Positions 23,509 to 35,499 of a DNA stretch of 64,000 nt are shown piece by piece. Location of the stretch: assembly GCF_048593235.1 (NCBI RefSeq), contig NC_133618.1, positions 35,808,478 to 35,872,477 on the forward strand, read 5' to 3'. Positions within the stretch are counted from its first letter, which is position 1. Every line of letters starts with the position of its first letter. Position numbers and translations under genes: made by a program. The stretch is from Sminthopsis crassicaudata (taxonomy: Eukaryota). Under the pieces are notes generated by a model. That model had not been told where the DNA came from. It saw only the letters and a program-made list of their open reading frames with translations, and did no database searches.

Positions 23509-24734
23509 AGTGGAGAGGCATATGGCAGCAAAGAACAAATGGAAAGAAAGAAATTCATAAGAAGGGATAGAATAAAGCACATCATCCAAAATGGAGACTC
23601 ACAAATATGGGAGATGGCAACAGAATGGGACAACTGTTGGAGGATTCATATGCTCCATTGTGTCCTGATGATGGGCAGAAGCATAGAGAAGAGCCCCATT
23701 GGTTTGAGTGGAGGCTTCCCATGGAACTTAGGAATGACAGAGAAGAACTCATAGTCATACGTGGCAAAGTTCTCATCTGCAGAGCTGGAAGCCCCAGACT
23801 CCAGTGAGTGTCTGATAGACTGTGATGCTTTCCTGATGTTCTGTCTTAATAAAATCACAAATAAGCAGAATCCAATAAACTAAATATACAGCATAGCCAT
23901 GTCTGATGTGTGTCTCTGTCCACTGTATCCATCCCTTCTCTGTCAGGAGGTCGGTAACTCCCTCCTAGATCCCAAGGTGTTCTAGGCTTATCCTGACCAG
24001 AGCTCCCCTGCTTTCCCTCCTGGGTATCCTATGGGAAAATGATCTGAGGCAGGCTGATGTCCAGGCAGAAGAAGGCAGCCAGGATGCAGAAAGGGCCAAA
24101 GGAAAGTTGTCTGAAGAAAAAGACAGGGAAGCTGAGCTTGGGGGAGGACCAACATGGGAAACTTTACAAGCAAGCATCGAAAGGGATGTTACAAGGATAG
24201 GGGTGAGACTTGTTCTGTATCCAAGCTCAGAAAGGTGAAGAGAGAGTGAAGGTGCAGAGAGGCCAACTTTAGACTGAACCTAAGGACAGACTCCCTGGCA
24301 ATGAGAATTATGTAGAAAGGTAATTGATGGTATGGTACTGGAGGGAGTGATAACTGAATTTGAACTCGGGTCTTCCTGACAACATGACTATTCACCAGAG
24401 ATTCGAACTCCCTCCAGGGGAACACCCAGTCCCCCTGCACTGGAGGTCTCCAAATAAAGGCAATAAGAACACTTGGTGAGGATTTGGAAAGGGAAATCTT
24501 CTTAGGTTTGGGTTAGAGAAACCAACCTTTGCGGCATCATCTAATTATTTGTATTGTGTTACTCCATGGTTATTAGATGGGAAAGAAATCAAAGTCAGAG
24601 CTTGTCATAGTCCCAGCATCTTCCTCTAAGACCTAGAAACTTCCCCCCAGGAGCCCAGACAAGCTGCCCCCTTCCTGGCTGAGGGCCAGAAGAGGCCCCT
24701 GGGACACTGATGCCCCCTCAGCAGCTGCAGGACA

Positions 24735-24762
24735 GGTTTTTGTTCAGAGCTGTATCACTGTG
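24735..24762 (-). other. Canonical 12-RSS of V5
   Basis: CACAGTG ATACAGCTCTGA ACAAAAACC. Confidence 0.97.
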
Positions 24763-25335
24763 GGAGGCCAGCTCCTACTCTGCCCACAGTAATAGACTGC
24801 AGCGTCCTCAGTCTCCATGTTGCTGATTGTAAGGGAGAAATCTGTCCCAGAGCCACTGCCACTGAACCGGGCAGGGACTCCAGGCAGGAGGGTGGAAGCA
24901 TATCTGATGATGTATTTAGGAGCCTGGCCTGGTTTCTGTTGGTACCAGTGTATGCTGGTGCTAATATCTTCACTGGCCTTGCAGGACATGGTGACTCTCT
25001 CTCCTGGAGAGCCAGCCAGGGAGGCTGGAGACTGGGTCAGCACAATGGCCCCTCGAGCATCTGGAATCACAAACACAAGAGAAACAGTGAGAACAATGCC
25101 AGGCCATATTCACAAAAAGAGAAATGTTTCTGACAATGAATGAAAGCTTTAGGAGCTGGGTCCTGCCCCCATGATCCCAGCACACAGCCATATTTTCTCT
25201 CTAATCCCCAGAATCACACTCCTTCCCAATTTTTCCCAGAACAACAAAAGATAGCCTCGTTTCTGTTCTTCCTCACTCACCTGAGATCCAGAGGAATAGG
25301 AAAAAGAGCATCTGAGCCTGGGACCCCATGTCCAT
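24763..25335 (-). CDS. IGKV: Ig kappa V segment V5 (family I), open frame; leader exon 25335-25281, V exon 25060-24763
   Basis: [117 protein letters not shown]. Confidence 0.95.
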
Positions 25336-25379
25336 GTGCCTGAGCTCTGAGCTGCCCAGCACCTTCCTCCCCAGCTGCC

Positions 25380-25434
25380 TTTTTATAGCTGTCTCAGCAG
25401 GGAGCTTCCTGTGCTGGGAGTAAGCCATGCAAAA
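25380..25434 (-). promoter_or_regulatory. V5 promoter: TATAAAAA plus TTTTGCAT
   Basis: 25387-25380 and 25434-25427. Confidence 0.8.
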
Positions 25435-25827
25435 CAGCCCAGGGAGGGAGATTTCTGCTCAGAGGCAGGTCCAATGATCTCACTTCCTAAGTAGTCCACT
25501 ATCTTGAGCTGTTTCAGGGCAGCAGTTCCCTTCTGGGACCCTGGGATGGGGATGTCCCGGGAAGATGGTAGATCTTATTCTGTCCCCATGAGCCTGAAAT
25601 TATCAAAATTTCCAAGAAAACTCAACACCAGCATGGTACCATCCGGAAGAGATTCACATATGTAAGGATCACTTCAAAGTGGGTCACTCTGCCTTGTAGC
25701 CTGAATCACTCCACACCCCCCCCCATCACTCATAATTCTTGTGAGATTCCCCACCTTTTCACAGGAATTACTAGGTGTGACTGTCAGGAAGAACTTTGTC
25801 AGCATTCAAGTCAGTATAACAGAAGGG

Positions 25828-25972
25828 NNNNNNNNNNNNNNNNNNNNNNNNNNNNNNNNNNNNNNNNNNNNNNNNNNNNNNNNNNNNNNNNNNNNNNNNN
25901 NNNNNNNNNNNNNNNNNNNNNNNNNNNNNNNNNNNNNNNNNNNNNNNNNNNNNNNNNNNNNNNNNNNNNNNN
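25828..25972. other. Assembly gap (145 N)
   Basis: N run; the paralogous interval upstream of V7 is ~57 bp and contains a (TA)n run. Confidence 1.
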
Positions 25973-26159
25973 ACATAACTGGCAGAGCCACTGAAGGAAG
26001 TCCCTGCTACCAAAGTCCTTGGAAATGTCAGCTGCTTCAGCATTAAAATTGATCTGGTTTTATTAGAATAAAAAGCATGAATGAAGGGAAATTACCATCA
26101 CTTTTTTCTGTCCTTGGAGAGCTAAAGGATCTTTCCCTCCAACGTGCAGCTGAAATCTC

Positions 26160-27133
26160 TGTGAGGGATAAAAACCCTCACCCCAAGATGACTACTCAGA
26201 AACCTCTAGGAGCAAAAAGCAGAAAAGTTGGTGTTTATTAATAAATTCTCATGAGAATGAGCAATTCCACCAATGGAAGGGAAAGAGAGGAAGCTCGCAG
26301 TAAAACGGCTAAAGAAGTAGGAAAGATATACTCTTTTTAGAGGTTCTGTTACAAAGCGTTACATCATAAGTTGGGGAGCATTAAGAAATAGGTGCCCTCT
26401 CCTGTTAGGTTCTTACTAGGTGCTAAGTCGGTACTTAACAATTCTCTAGCTCAGGGTTCACACCTTTAGTTCACACCTTTAAAAGGAGGAAGTTCATTGG
26501 TTGTAAGTAGTTCCCACAAGCCCCTGGAGTACCCATAGGCCCATTGTCTGGGAGAATAAATGAGGAGGGCAATTGGGAAGGAAGCCGTCTGGATTGGGTC
26601 AAGGAGAAGACTTCCCACACTCTGGGAGGCAGAGTCTGATTCCCACACTCTAGGAGACTCAGAGTCAAGATTTTATTTCCACATCTTACCTTTGCTCAGG
26701 CTGGAGGCTCCAGAAGCCTCCCAAGAAATCTGCTCACAAAGAAAAGGATTTACAGAAAAGAAACCACCTCCCAGAGAAGGATTACAATTGAGAGATGACA
26801 GGATATTACACTCTCCCCTTAATTAAATGTTAGACATTGGTGAAAAAATAGGTTAGAATGAAATGCTTTCAGATTCCCTGCTTCCAAGAGGAACCAGCCA
26901 TCACACCTTCAGATTACTAAACTAGCAGCATTTAAACTAATAGTCTAAATATTGATAGCATTGAACAGTGATCATATCAGATTAAGTAAATATACCTAAA
27001 GTTTAAGTAAATATTGGCTAATACTCAACATATTTATGCAGGTCACAGAGACATAGAAATAATGGAAAAATAAAATACAGAAAAGGAATTTCAACATTTC
27101 TGGAAGTTCTTCACCTTATCTCTATTCCCCACA
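26160..27133 (-). mobile_element. Solo LTR (TG...CA, 4-bp TSD TCTC) containing a nested second LTR; paralog 47136-47702
   Basis: Host sequence gaaatctccaacatgtga (uninterrupted in the V2 cassette) is split; minus-strand AATAAA ~75 nt from the 3' end. Confidence 0.8.
26403..26810. mobile_element. Nested solo LTR, 408 bp, TGTTAGG...ATATTACA, 6-bp TSD CTCTCC
   Basis: TSD 26397-26402 and 26811-26816; removing it reconstructs the paralogous empty site ggtgccctctccccttaatt (~47367-47386) exactly. Confidence 0.9.
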
Positions 27134-29443
27134 TCTCCAACATGTGATTCCTCCCCTCCGTCCTCTGTGAGCTCCTGGGGAACGGGGACCAGCTTATTGT
27201 TGCCCTTGTGTCTCTGGTTCTTAGCACAAGGCTTGGCCCCTAACAAATGCCTGATCTGTACTTTTTTATTTATTAATTTATTCATTGATTAAATGGGCTG
27301 TATAAGAAACCAAGCTTTGGATAGGCCCCTCTACAGCAAGAGAAACTCCTTTTTCTCCTCATTGACTCCACACAGATCATCTTTGGGAATTTTGGAATGT
27401 GTATGAATTCCCATTCAAACAGAGTAGCCACAGGATCCTTGAGGAAGAATGGAAAGGCAGCTACTGGGCATCTCAGTGCATAGAACACCAGTCCTAGAGA
27501 CAGGAGGACTTGAGTCCAAATATGACATCAGACTTTTAGTAGGTGTGTGACATTGGACATGTCACTTAACTCGGATGCCCCCTTTACCTGAAAAAAGCCC
27601 CCAGGATTCCCAAGCTATAATTTGATACAGAAGTGAAGGGAAATTTCTCTTCCCTAGACCACCCATCAGTCTGCAACACCTTCCCCAGATGCAGCTAAAG
27701 GCTCTGCCCTTGTCTAGACCTCCCAGGCCTAGCCTAGCTTCTCTCCATCCCTACTCCTTCCTTCAGGGGTCACTGAGGCATGGTCATGGCTGTGCTCAGC
27801 ACCTGTCCTCCATTGCTTCCCATCATTGTGTCCTGTCTTTGTCCTCCTCTGCACATGGCCAATGCCTGTCCTCAGCTCACAGGAAATAAAAGTCATTGTG
27901 CCACAGATGGGCACTGAACTCTGACTTCATCCCTTCTGCCCTCCACAGCCTGTGGGTAGTAATTTCTCTTCTGCTCTAGAATCAGACCCATTGCACTGCT
28001 GGGTATTGGGGGAAATAGTGAGGCTACATTTACAGAAAAGACATGTGGAAGTAGCTTATATGACACCCATTGTTAAAGTATTAATGACTTGGCAACAAGT
28101 GGACTCTCTACTATAAGTGTGAGAGGATAATCAAGGTTCACAGTCAAGTTGGGATTCTATGAGATTGTAAAAAGTAAGTAAGTAAAAAGTAAGAAAGTAA
28201 TAAGAAAGCTTGGAACAGGGAGGGACAATGGAAAGGGAGAAAACAGATGTTTTCTCATCAAGGACTATGGTAGTCCAGTGAAATTACTATCTCATAATTT
28301 CATGGAAAATAAAATCAAAACAGGAATTAGCCTCTTTCTCTAAGGTCTGAAAAATCTCCTGAGGTAGCCGAGAAGATTCTGTCTCCTAACTCAGGAGAAA
28401 AGATTCAGTTTATGTCTTTCATGCAAAGTACTTAAAACTCCTCTATTCCATTAAAGTTTTGTTTTGTTCCCTTCACGATTAAATTTAAAATGGGCAGAAT
28501 AAGATATTCCTGATTTTAGTATTATTGCATTATGGAAAATTGTTTTTCCAAGATCTTCTCTAGGATTTACTAGATGCTGCTAGTCTTTTGTGATATGAAG
28601 TCATTTCTTGTGCTTTGAAATGCTTCTTTCTGGAGTTTTACCATATTATTTTCTATTTTATATATAACAGGAGTTTTAGGCATGCTGTTCCTGAAACTTT
28701 TCCCTTATCCTGCCATCTGAGGATAATCATACAGGGAATAAAATAGTTCTTTAATGAGATAGAAAACTGTCAAATTTTTTGATGAATACAATAGAAATCA
28801 AATGATTAGCATATGAAAAGTGCTTTGCAAACATTAAAATTCAATATTTCTCATTAATATTATTATTAACACTAAATTTCCATAGTTTAAGAGCCTTGGC
28901 TATGATCATAGAGGCAACACAACTAGACTGAACCCATTTCATAAACCTCAAGACCAGGCATCTATCTACCAGGAGATCCAGGACCTGAGCTCTCTTTCTA
29001 ACTATTAGCAACACCTGAAATATGGGGTGGGGAAGGCAGTGAGAAATAGGACTTCAGGATGAATCCTAGGTCAGAGCCTTAAAGATTTCAAAGGCAGTTG
29101 TTGCCCTCTACATCACTGAAACAAGAAGAAGGTTGAGGGGGGAAGATAAGTTTGGTTTTGAACATGTTGACTTTAAGATCTCCTGGATTTTCAATTAAGA
29201 TGTCTGAAAGGCAGTAGGTGATGCCAGTTTGGAGGGGGGCAGAGAGATAGGGACAGGAGAAGTAGATTTGTGAATTGTTAGCAAAGCAACATGAATTAAA
29301 TCAGTGGGAGCTGGTGATGTCACCTACTAAAGTGATATAGAAGGTGAAGAGAAGAGGGGCCAGGACAGATCCCTGAAGAGTACCAATAGTTAGAGGACAA
29401 GATCTGAGAAAGGATCAAGAAAAAAATGATGGGACTTCCGGCC

Positions 29444-29453
29444 AAGATGGCGG
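29444..29453 (+). promoter_or_regulatory. YY1-type motif CAAGATGGCG at the L1 5' end
   Basis: Same position and core as the YY1 site of mammalian L1 promoters. Confidence 0.7.
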
Positions 29454-30054
29454 CGTGGAGGCAGACAGCTGCTTGAGCTCCTCATTTTCTCTCAGAACTT
29501 ACTTCATGACAAGCCTCTGACTTAATGCTTGACCCAGAAAGAAATCCACAAATAATCACCAAGAGAAGACATCCTTGAAAGTCGCCAGAAAAGGTCTGTG
29601 TTTGCTCGGGGGAGGGTCAATCAGACTGGGCACAGACTGAGGGCAGGCAGCCAGAGCAAGACAGGCAGCTCACACAGCTCAGACCAGAGGGGGAGGGGTG
29701 TGATCTCTGCAGTTTCTGTGAAAGGGCTTTTGCCCCAGTGTGGATGCTCCGTCTTGGCAGCAAGCCAGGAGCAGCAGAGAGGGTGTAAACACCGGAGGTG
29801 AAGATTGAAACCCCAGAAAGCCAGCATCTCTCAGAGCCCGGCCACCCCCAACCCCGACCTGGACTGACTCAGTGCGTTCTCAGAGCCTCAGAGCGCAGAC
29901 TCAGTACAGTCATTGCTGTTCTGTTAGTGGCTCTCTGCTGCCCTACCCCCAGTCTGTAGAGGAAGCCCATTAATACCATCCAGCCCCATCCCCCGCAAAA
30001 CAGACCAATTGTTTCTCTTGTCAGTTTGTTTTCTTTGATTCCTACTCTGACAAA

Positions 30055-31230
30055 ATGAACAAAAAATTCAAAAGGGCTCTAACCATTGACAGCTTCTGTG
30101 TGGAGAGGGAGCAGACTTCAAATGCTGAGGAGACTAGGAACAGAATGTCCCCAGATGTATCCCCTGGGAGGGATATAAGCTGCTCCTCAATACAAAAGAA
30201 CCTCATAGAGGAAATCAAAAAGGCTCTCACAACAGAGCTGGAAGAGAAATGGAAAAAGGAAAGGGAAGCTTGGCAAGAGAGCCTGGAGAAGTCATCCCAT
30301 GCATTCAAAGACAGAGTGGATAAAGAAATCAAATCATTGAGAAACAAGATTAGTGAGCTGGAAAAGGTAAATAACTCCAAGGAAAACAGGATTAGTGAGG
30401 TGGAAAAGGTAAACAACTCCAAGGAAAACAGGATTAGTGAGCTGGAAAAATAAATCAGCTCTCTAAAAACTAAAATGGATAAAATGGGAAAAAATTCCAT
30501 AGAAGATAAAAACTCAATTGGACAATTACAAAGAGATATAAAAAAAGTGAGTGAAGAAAATACATCATTGAAAATTAGACTGGAACAAGTAGAAATGAAT
30601 GACTCAAGGAGAAACCAAGAGGGAGTCAAGCAAAACCAGAGAAATGAAACAATTGAAAAGACTGTCAAGTACCTTACCAGAAAGACAACAGACCTGGAAA
30701 ACAGATCCAGGAGAGACAATTTGAGAATAATCGGACTCCCTGAAAAATGGGAGGAAAAAAAGAGCTTGGACACCATTTTCGAGGAAATGATCAAAGAGAA
30801 CTGCCCAGACGTTTTGGAAACAGAGGGTAAAATAGACATTGAAAAAATTCATCGATCACCTACTGAAAGGGACCCTAAAATCAAAACGCCAAGAAATATA
30901 GTGGCCAAGTTCAAGAACCATCAGACAAAGGAAAAGATATTGGAAGCTGCTAGAAAAAAACAATTTAGATATGGAGGATCCACAATAAGGATAACCCAGG
31001 ATCTAGCAGCATCCACATTAAAAGAACGCAGGGCCTGGAACATGATATTCCGAAAGGCTAAGGAACTTGGTATGCAGCCAAGAATAACTTACCCAGCAAG
31101 AATGAGCATCGTTTTCCAGGGAAGAAGATGGACATTTAACGAAATAAATGAATTCCATCTATTTTTGATGAAAAAACCAGACCTACATAAAAGGTTTGAT
31201 CTTCAAATACAGAACTCAAGAGATTTCTAA
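30055..31230 (+). pseudogene. L1 ORF1p with one in-frame stop (TAA 30451-30453)
   Basis: Track ORFs 30055-30453 and 30475-31230 share a frame; coiled coil, LENRSRRDNLRIIGLPE motif, RRM and CTD recognisable. Confidence 0.92.
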
Positions 31231-31685
31231 AAAGGTAAAAAGAAATCTTGAGAACTATACTTCTGTCAAAAAAAATATGTAAAGAACATATGTACAATTT
31301 GTCTTAGAAACTAGAGGTGGAAAGGAGATTATATCATAAAAAAGTGTAAAGTGGTGGTACTACATCTCATGAAGAGGCAAAGGTAACCTATTATATCTGA
31401 GAGAAAGAAAGGAGGGAGATGAACATAGCGTGTATCAATAGACATATTCGATTTATGGTGAAACTTCTTCCACTTCATTGAAAAGTGAAAGGGAAGGAGT
31501 AAGCTAAGGGGAAGGGAATACAGTAATTTCGAGGAAAAGGGGTGAAATAAGGGGAGGATCTTTAAGGTGGAGGAGGGATCCTAAAAAGGGAGGGCTGTGA
31601 AAAGCAAGTAGTATTCACCAGTTTAATACTGGATAGGAGGGTAAAAGGGAAGGAAAGGGGAAAAGCATAAGCAGGGGTTAATAGG

Positions 31686-34600
31686 ATGGCAAGCAATATA
31701 GAATTAGTCCTTCTAACCATAAATGTGAATGGGGCAAACTGCCTCATAAAGAGGAAGCAGTTAGCAGACTGGATTAAAAGTCAGAATCCTACTATATGTT
31801 GTTTACAGGAAACACTCCTGAAACAGGATGAGACATTCAAACTAAAAGTAAAAGGGTGGAGCAGAATCTATTATGCTTCAGGCAAAACCAAAAAAGCAGG
31901 AGTAGCCATCCTCATCTCAGATCAAGCAAAAACAAAAATTGATCTAATTAAAAGAGATAAGGAAGGGCATTATATCCTGCTAAAGGGAAGCATCAATAGT
32001 GAAGCAGTATCAATATTAAACATGTATGCACCAAGTGGTGCAGCATCTAAATTCTTAAAAGAGAAATTAAGAGAGCTGCAAGAGGAAATAGATAGCAAAA
32101 CTATAATAGCGGGAGATCTCAACCTTGCACTCTCAGAATTAGATAAATCAAACCACAAAATAAATAAGAAAGAAGTCAAAGAGGTAAATAGAATACTAGA
32201 AAAGTTTGATATGATAGATCTTTGGCGAAAGCTAAATGGAGACAGAAAAGAATATACTTTCTTCTCAGCAGTTCATGGAACCTATACAAAAATTGATCAT
32301 ATACTAGGGCATAAAAACCTCAAAATCAAATGCAGTAAGGCAGAAATAGTAAATGCATCCTTTTCAGACCATAATGCAATCAAAATAACATTTAATAAAA
32401 AGCCAGGGGAAAATAGACCAAAAAATAATTGGAAACTAAATAATCTTATACTAAAGAATGATTGGGTAAAACAGCAAATCATAGACATAATTAATAACTT
32501 CACCCAAGAAAATGACAATAATGAGACATCATACCAAAATGTGTGGGATACAGCCAAAGCAGTAATAAGGGGAAGTTTTATATCTCTACAGGCCTACTTG
32601 CATAAAATAGAGAAAGAGAGGGCCAACGAATTGGGCTTACAACTAAAATTGCTAGAAAAGGAACAAATTAAAAACCCCCAGACAAACACAAAACTTGAAA
32701 TTCAAAAAATAAAAGGTGAGATTAATAAAATTGAAAGTAAAAAAACTATTGAATTAATTAATAAAACTAAGAGTTGGTTTTATGAAAAAACCAACAAAAT
32801 AGACAAACCCTTAGTTAACCTGATTAAAAAAAGGAAAGAGAAAAAGCAAATTGATAGTCTTGAAAATGAAAAGGGTGAACTCACCACTAATGAAGAGGAA
32901 ATTAGAACAATAGTTAGGAGCTACTTTGCTCAACTTTATGCCGATAAATTCGATAACTTAAATGAAATGGAAGAATACCTTCAAAAATATAGCTTGCCCA
33001 GATTAACAGAGGAAGAAGTAAGTAGTCTAAATAGTCCCATCTCAGAAAAAGAAATAGACCAAGCTATTAACCAACTTCCTAAGAAAAAGTCCCCAGGACC
33101 AGATGGATTTACAGGTGAATTCTACCAAACATTTAAAGAACAACTAACTCCAATGCTATGTAAACTATTTGAAACAATAGGGATTGAAGGAGTCCTACCA
33201 AATTCCTTCTATGACACAGACATGGTACTGATACCTAAACCAGGTAGATCGAAAACTGAGAAAGAAAACTATAGACCAATTTCCTTAATGAATATTGATG
33301 CTAAAATCTTAAATAAGATATTAGCAAATAGACTTCAGAAAATCATCCCCAGGATAATACACTATGACCAAGTGGGATTTATACCAGGAATGCAGGGCTG
33401 GTTTAATATTAGGAAAACTATTAGTATAATTGACCATATTAATAATCAAATTAATAAAAACCATATGATCATCTCAATAGATGCAGAAAAGGCATTTGAT
33501 AAAATCCAACATCCATTCCTACTAAAAACGCTTGAGAGTATAGGAATAAATGGACTATTCCTTAAAATAATAAGGAGCATATATTTAAAACCCTCAGTAA
33601 ACATCATATGTAATGGTGATAAACTAGAACCTTTCCCTGTAAGATCAGGAGTGAAACAAGGTTGCCCACTATCACCATTACTATTCAATATAGTACTAGA
33701 AACTCTAGCCTTGGCAATAAGAGCCAAGAAAGAGATCCAAGGAATTAGAGTAGGAAATGAAGAAATCAAATTGTCACTTTTCGCAGATGACATGATGGTA
33801 TACTTAGAGAACCCCAAAGACTCTGCTAAAAAGCTATTAGAAATAATTCAGAATTTTAGCAAAGTTGCAGGATACAAAATAAATCCACATAAATCCTCAG
33901 GATTTTTATACATTACCAACACAATCCAACAGCAAGAGATACAAAGAGAAATTCCATTCAAAATAACAGTCGATAGTATCAAATATTTGGGAATATATCT
34001 ACCAAAGGAGAGTCAGGAATTATATGAGCAAAATTACAAAACACTTGCCACAAAAATAAAGTCAGATTTAAATAATTGGAAAGACATTCAGTGTTCTTGG
34101 ATAGGCTGAGTGAATATAATAAAGATGACAATACTCCCCAAACTAATCTATTTATTTAGTGCTATACCAATCAGACTCCCAAGAAACTATTTTAATGACC
34201 TAGAAAAAATAACAACAAAATTCATATGGAAGAATAAAATGTTGAGAATTGCAAGGGAACTAATGAAAAAAAAGTCAGAGGAAGGTGGTCTAAGAGTACC
34301 TGATTTAAAGCTATATTATAAAGCAACAGTCACCAAAACCATTTGGTACTGGCTAAGAAATAGACTAGTTGATCAGTGGCATAGGTTAGGTGCACAGGGC
34401 AAGATAGTGAATAAAAATAGCAATCTAATCTTTGACAAACCCAAAGATCCCAAATTTTGGGATAAGAATTCATTATTTGACAAAAACTGCTGGGAAAACT
34501 GGAAATTAGTATGGCAGAAACTAGGCATGGACCCACATTTAACACCACATACTAAGATTAGATCAAAATGGGTCCAAGATTTAGGCATAAAGAATGAAAT

Positions 34601-35499
34601 CATAAATAAATTGGAGGAACATGGGATGGTTTACCTCTCAGACTTGTGGAGGAGGAAGGAGTTTGTGTCCAAGGGAGAACTAGAGACCATTATTGATCAC
34701 AAAATAGAACATTTTGATTACACCAAATTAAAAAGTTTCTGCACAAACAAAACTAATGCAAACAAGATTAGAAGGGAAGTAACAAATTGGGAAAAAATTT
34801 TTACAATTAAAGGTTCTGATAAAGGCCTCATCTCCAAAATATACAGAGAATTGACTTTAATTTATAAGAAATCAAGCCATTCTCCAACTGATAAATGGTC
34901 AAAGGATATGAACAGACAATTTTCAGATGATGAAATTAAAACTATTTCCACTCATATGAAAGAGTGTTCCAAATCACTATTGATCAGAGAAATGCAAATT
35001 AAGACAACTCTGAGGTATCATTACACACCTGTCAGATTGGCTAAGATGACAGGAACAAATAACGATGAATGTTGGAGGGGCTGTGGGAAAACTGGGACAC
35101 TGATGCATTCTTGGTGGAGTTGTGAAAGACTCCAACCATTCTGGAGAGCAATCTGGAATTATGCCCAAAAAGTTATCAAAATGTGCATACCCTTTGACCC
35201 AGCCATACTACTACTGGGTTTATACCCCAAGGAACTACTAAAGAAGGGAAAGGGACCTGTATGTGCCAAAATGTTTGTGGCAGCCCTTTTCATAGTGGCT
35301 AGAAGCTGGAAGATGAATGGATGTCCATCAATTGGAGAATGGTTGGGTAAACTATGGTATATGAATGTTATGGAATATTATTGTTCTATAAGAAATGACC
35401 AACAGGAGAGACTTACATCAACTGATGCTGAGTGAAACGAGCAGAACCAGAAGATCATTATACACTTCAACAATGATACTGTACGAGGATGTATGCTGA
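31686..35499 (+). pseudogene. L1 ORF2p (APE endonuclease, RT, CCHC) with TGA at 34107-34109 and a ~20-bp deletion at ~35406
   Basis: 807-aa open stretch with EN and RT (FADD motif); same frame continues; C-x3-C-x7-H-x4-C knuckle; the restored frame ends at 35499. Confidence 0.92.

Noticed and set aside
23216-23633. IY/YI-repeat ORFs (also 12601-12988) and gap-spanning ORFs at ~25.8, ~43 and ~55.6 kb
   Set aside because: Translation artefacts of microsatellites and N runs.
30042-30839. 265-aa antisense ORF over L1 ORF1
   Set aside because: Shadow of the A-rich L1 coding strand; low-complexity F/S/L composition.
34992-34999. Perfect octamers outside V promoters (here; also 5946, ~51014, ~59200)
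   Set aside because: They lie within L1 coding sequence (EMQIK) or are not conserved in paralogous cassettes, and no leader exon follows.
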